The notes under the pieces are model-generated. The model did not search any database. It saw nothing but the letters and a program-made list of their open reading frames with translations, and had not been told where the DNA came from. Below are positions 20,587-24,488 of a stretch of DNA of 24,488 bases, one piece after another. Within the stretch, counting starts at the first letter, position 1; each line of letters begins with the position of its first letter. Origin of the DNA: Octopus sinensis (Eukaryota); NCBI RefSeq assembly GCF_006345805.1, contig NW_021836278.1, positions 1 to 24,488 on the forward strand. Reading direction: 5' to 3'. Position numbers and translations under genes: made by a program.

Positions 20587-22622
20587 ATCATCGGCGTATA
20601 TCAAATTTCCGTCCGTGTGTTGACAGGAGACGGCAGATTGCTCATCACAATGTTGAATAATAGAGGACTGAGGACTGATCCTTGAGGGACGCCTCTTTTA
20701 AGTTTCAGTTCATCCGAGTCATAGTTCAGAAAGCTTATCACAGAGCGCCTGTCGCGGAGGAAGTCTTTTAGCCATAGGAAAGTCCTTTGTCTATGTGACA
20801 CTTCGCCAGATGTCTAAGGAGACCGAGGTGCCAAACCATCAAAGGCTTTTGAGATGTCTAGAGACACAATTGTCAGACACTCTTTGAAATCCAGAGCCTT
20901 TACAATCGACGAATTGAGTGTATAAAGACAGTCAGCACAGGAACGACCCCTCGAAAGCCCCACTGCACGTCTTTGAGATAACCATTTCTCTCGACGTGTT
21001 CAGAGAGTCGTTCAAACATTACCCTTTCCATTATTCGACTGATGGTAGGAATTAGGCTTATAGGCCTATAACTTGTCGCCAAGTAACCAGGTTTTCCAGG
21101 CTTCCGTATCATCCTTACCTCCGTCAGTTTCCATGAAGAAGGGACGTATCCCAAGCTCACACTGCGGGAGAAGAGACATCCCAAATATTCGTAAAGTTGC
21201 TTGGGAGCTTCTTTGAACATGCGCATGGTTCTTGTCCTTTCCCGGAGCGTTATTTTTGGAGTATCTAACTGCATTTTCCACGTCTTTGCACGTTATAGAT
21301 TCCGAGCACATTGGTAATGAGCTAAGATTGTCTTCCAACTCTTTTTCCATATCAAACAAAGCTGAATCAGATAGATTTGTATCCGGATTGACTTCTTGTA
21401 TTCTTTTGAGACTATCAGCAAATATGTTCGGGATTTCTTCATGAGATGCAGGGGATCCATCTTGTTTTAGCAGTTTAGGTATAGTTTTCTCAGACGTCGA
21501 GGTTAATTTCGAGTAGACCTTCCAAAAATTTGGACTTCCTTTATGTAGCTTTTTGCACTCAGTATTCCATTTTTTATCCTTCGCCACCTTCGCCGATTTT
21601 CTTATTTCTTCCGTAATGGTGAAGATTTCACTTTCCAAAACGGACCGGTCACGAAAATCTGCGCAGCGCCGGAGTTTGTTCCTTAGACATTGTTTTTTCC
21701 TTAGTAGGATTTCAACATTCATGTTTGGCATGTGAGTTTTCCTATTGTTTGAGACGATTTTTGTAGAATATGTTTCCAGATAAGACTTTATGTATCCAAT
21801 AAGGGAATTGCTAGACTTCTCGAGGTCCTCAGATGAAGAATTTTCGTCAAGTTTAGGAGCGAAATTGCTCAGATAAAGTGTAAAACATTTTCGGTAGTGT
21901 TCCCAGTTTATAGTCGAGAGGTTATATCGTATAAAAGTTGGTTTACCCTTTAAAGGTCCAAGGTTGAGTTTGTATAAAATTGGTAGATGGTCACTTCCAA
22001 TATCATTTAAGGTGTACGGTTGTTCCATAAATTGAAGAGTAGACATAGAGACCAATGCTACGCCCAAATAGTCCCACCCTCCTGGTGAGTAATGATTTGG
22101 GGTTTTTTGATGTGATGACCGAGAAACTGAGAGATTCTGAAAGCTTCTTAAGAATGATGCCATCCCTGTTGGTTCTCAGACAGCCAAAAGATGTGCATTT
22201 GGCATTTAGATCCCCGAGGAGTATTGACAAATGATTGTGTTTATCGGCAAAAAAGTCCTTGATAAGCGATGAGTAATTGGAAAGGGATTTTGAGTACATC
22301 CCTCCGATTGTTACCCACCCTTTTTCCAGAAGGACGTCGATTGTGAGGAATTCACACAATTCCTCGGACACAATTTTTAGATTTTTCACCCTTAGAGTTG
22401 ATTTGTAGTAGATAGAAGTGCCTGTTCCAGCGATCGAGCCCGCTTCCACTTAATATCAAGGGAACGATAGCCATCCAAGTAGTAATCATCATGTTTTTTG
22501 ATTTTTGTTTCGTTTACGATCAAAAGGTCCACGGGGTTATGGGATAACATATCCTCAATCTCTGAACGCCTTCTCTTTAGAGAACGTGCGTTCACAGCGA
22601 TAATAGACAGAAAGGGGCTCAC
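20587..22622 (-). pseudogene. LINE ORF2, APE endonuclease and RT domains up to YADD (frameshifted)
   Basis: VNARSL...VNETK, ILLGDLNAK, DIGSDHLPI; NNAPGKD, YRPISLIPTISRIMER, GVPQGSVLSPLLFNI, YADD at 20598-20587. Confidence 0.9.
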
Positions 22623-23699
22623 GCCTGATCAATCCTTTCCCTTCCAAGAGAAAGGGACAACAGATTGTTGATATCGAGGCCTTTTTCATCGCATATAGCG
22701 ATTATTTTGCGAATCATAGAGGTAAGCTCAACGTCGATAGTTGGTGCTTTCCTCTTAAAGCGGTTTGGAGGCTCTGTGTGTTGTGTATTGGGAGGCAAAG
22801 TTGCGTCTTCACTAACATCTGTTTGCGTTGAGGAGTCAAAACAGCGGGAAATTGTGGGTTTTCGCCATACAGATTCAACGGCCTCCGCTTTTGACCATAC
22901 AGTTTTTGAGTGTTCTGCTTTGCCAGTCTGTCCCTGCACTGAGCTGCTTTTTTAGTTGTTCAGTGGCTGCCTTAGCTGAAGAGCAGCCACCGTAGCAAGC
23001 CAAATGCCCACTCAGACCGCAGTTTATACATTTTTTCTCAGTTTTTCCTTTAATCGGGCACATTTTCATATTATGATCACCACCACAGAAAAGACATCTT
23101 TCCACTTCTTTGCAGAAGTTAGCAATGTGACCAAATTGTTGGCAGCGAAAGCATCTTGTTGCTGGGTTTTTAAACCATTCGCATCGTATTTTTTGAAATC
23201 CCACTTCGATTCCCATCCTTACAAGCGAAGTGGCTTCTGCCCTCGAATTCAGACTCAACTTTCCAACAGGTATACTCCGTCCATTTTTGTAGAACCGTTG
23301 GAAAGTAAAACCGGGGTTGAGAATTTCTTTGAGGTAAAGATCCAGGTCTTCCTCGGAGACCCAAGATGGTATTCCCTTCAAGACTACGGTCGATGGTTGC
23401 AGACTGCACGCAGAAATATAATGGCCGTCCTGGCCAAATGGTTTGTTATACTCGAAGTCATTCACAAACGAGTCCCTATCACTAGAATTTGAGAATTCGA
23501 GGGTAAAGTCCCCAGACTTCCTGGCAGTAATTCGGGCCTTCTGTGCAGTCTCGGATTTGGTTAGAATATTAAAGGACTTTATTCGTCCAATCGCATAATT
23601 TTTTATCTGCAGCGAGAGGACAAGAGACTCAGTACAGTTTGGATTGTTCAAAGAGACTTGAGGAGTGTGACCCCTCCTCATCTTTGATACGGATTTCAT
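22619..23699 (-). CDS. LINE ORF1, gag-like with RRM-like region and three CCHC knuckles (one frameshift near 22940)
   Basis: CFRCQQFGHIANFC, CLFCGGDHNMKMC, CINCGLSGHLACYGGC. The stop TGA (22621-22619) overlaps the GTG start of ORF2. Confidence 0.9.
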
Positions 23700-23814
23700 C
23701 TTTGCGTTTCAAGCTCTTGAGACACAGAAGATTTTGAGTTTTTGATAGTTTTATTTTTTGCACCACGAGAAACGAAACGTGTCATGACCTTCGCCGAAAC
23801 GTGACCGAGTTTAA

Positions 23815-24249
23815 ATTGGAGCCTGATACTTTCCTCTACTTTTCAATACGGTGATCCTACCGGACTACTATACGGAAAAGAGGGATGGTACTTCTCTAAA
23901 AAGAAGGACAACCATCTTAACTAAATTTGAAAAGTCTCGCAGGCTCGCTTTGAAGCTTGCTTACCACCAAAAGTTGAAGATCCATCCCCTGTGGCTTGAA
24001 AGTAAATCCTCCATGGTCGGTGAAACTGTCGAAAAAGCTATAAGTGGTTATAAATCCAACTCAATTGTCACTGGGACGTACCTGCAGAGGTAGAAAAGAA
24101 AAAAAAAAAAAAAAAAAAAATTTACTTGAGGGGGTCTCTTTTTTTTCTGGGAAGAAGTCGATAGGGTAGTCCTATTGTTTCATTTACAAACTCCCCCTAA
24201 CCTTTAACCCTTCTCTGTTTCCAATAAACTTCCTATTCCTATATTCCTA
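23815..24249 (+). mobile_element. 3' end of the same LINE in plus orientation (ORF2 C-terminus, 3'UTR, tail)
   Basis: LEPDTFL/LFNTVILP/LLYGKEGWY/KFEKSRRLALKLAY with stop at 24093, a 22-A run at 24099-24120, AATAAA at 24223 and TTCCTA-type repeats to 24249. Confidence 0.75.
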
Positions 24250-24488
24250 GGTATTTGTCAATTTATAGATTTTTTGATTGATCGGATCTAGAAATTGAGT
24301 GGTCGCTCGCTGCGCTCGCGACATAATACCTCGGTAAAAATACATTTTCTCTTTGACAGAAAAGGCATAATTTTCAAAAATTTAATATTATTTTTATAAT
24401 TGTATAGTTGATTACAATCCCACATTACTAAATAATAATAAATATGATAATCCGGGACAAGGCTCCAGTATCTGAGACTGTCCAGGTA

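Larger units (their letters stand above)
19260..23814 (-). mobile_element. Jockey/I-type LINE, 5' portion (5'UTR, ORF1, APE, RT), inverted and split by a hAT element
   Basis: ORF1 with three zinc knuckles, an APE endonuclease and RT motifs through YADD and KYLG; see the CDS entries. Confidence 0.9.
18765..24323. mobile_element. Non-autonomous Ginger-type element (about 570 bp of its own sequence) hosting the LINE
   Basis: TIRs TGTCGCGAGCGCAGCG(C/A)GCGACC at both ends with TAATA at 18760-18764 and 24324-24328. Confidence 0.85.

Noticed and set aside
23004-23492. 162-aa plus-strand ORF (also 22665-22955, 21232-21444, 21553-21735)
   Set aside because: Antisense shadows of LINE ORF1/ORF2 with no recognisable motifs.

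Overview
AT-rich eukaryotic nuclear DNA, not prokaryotic. The host is probably an animal or related opisthokont with very short spliceosomal introns (mostly 23-33 nt); the species cannot be identified from sequence alone. A compact host-gene island at about 13.1-16.8 kb (TFIIA large-subunit N-terminal half, GPATCH11-like, AK8-like) and the 3' half of a GH18 chitinase (0.7-1.3 kb) lie among nested transposons. These include four Ginger-type (Gypsy-integrase-related) DNA transposons with TGT...ACA ends; the three complete ones have TATTA/TAATA target duplications and the three with coding remnants carry introns. Also present: an IS630/Tc1-like element with mirrored 20/21-bp repeat arrays, pogo/Tigger and Tc1 remnants, a small MITE, three CRE-like retrotransposon 3' ends, a second RT fragment, and a near-complete Jockey/I-type LINE. 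The LINE's 5' 4.5 kb is inverted relative to its 3' end (twin-priming-like) and a hAT element sits immediately after its YADD motif. Nearly every reading frame has 1-bp frameshifts, which may be consensus error rather than decay. All assignments come from manual translation and motif recognition; no searches were run.
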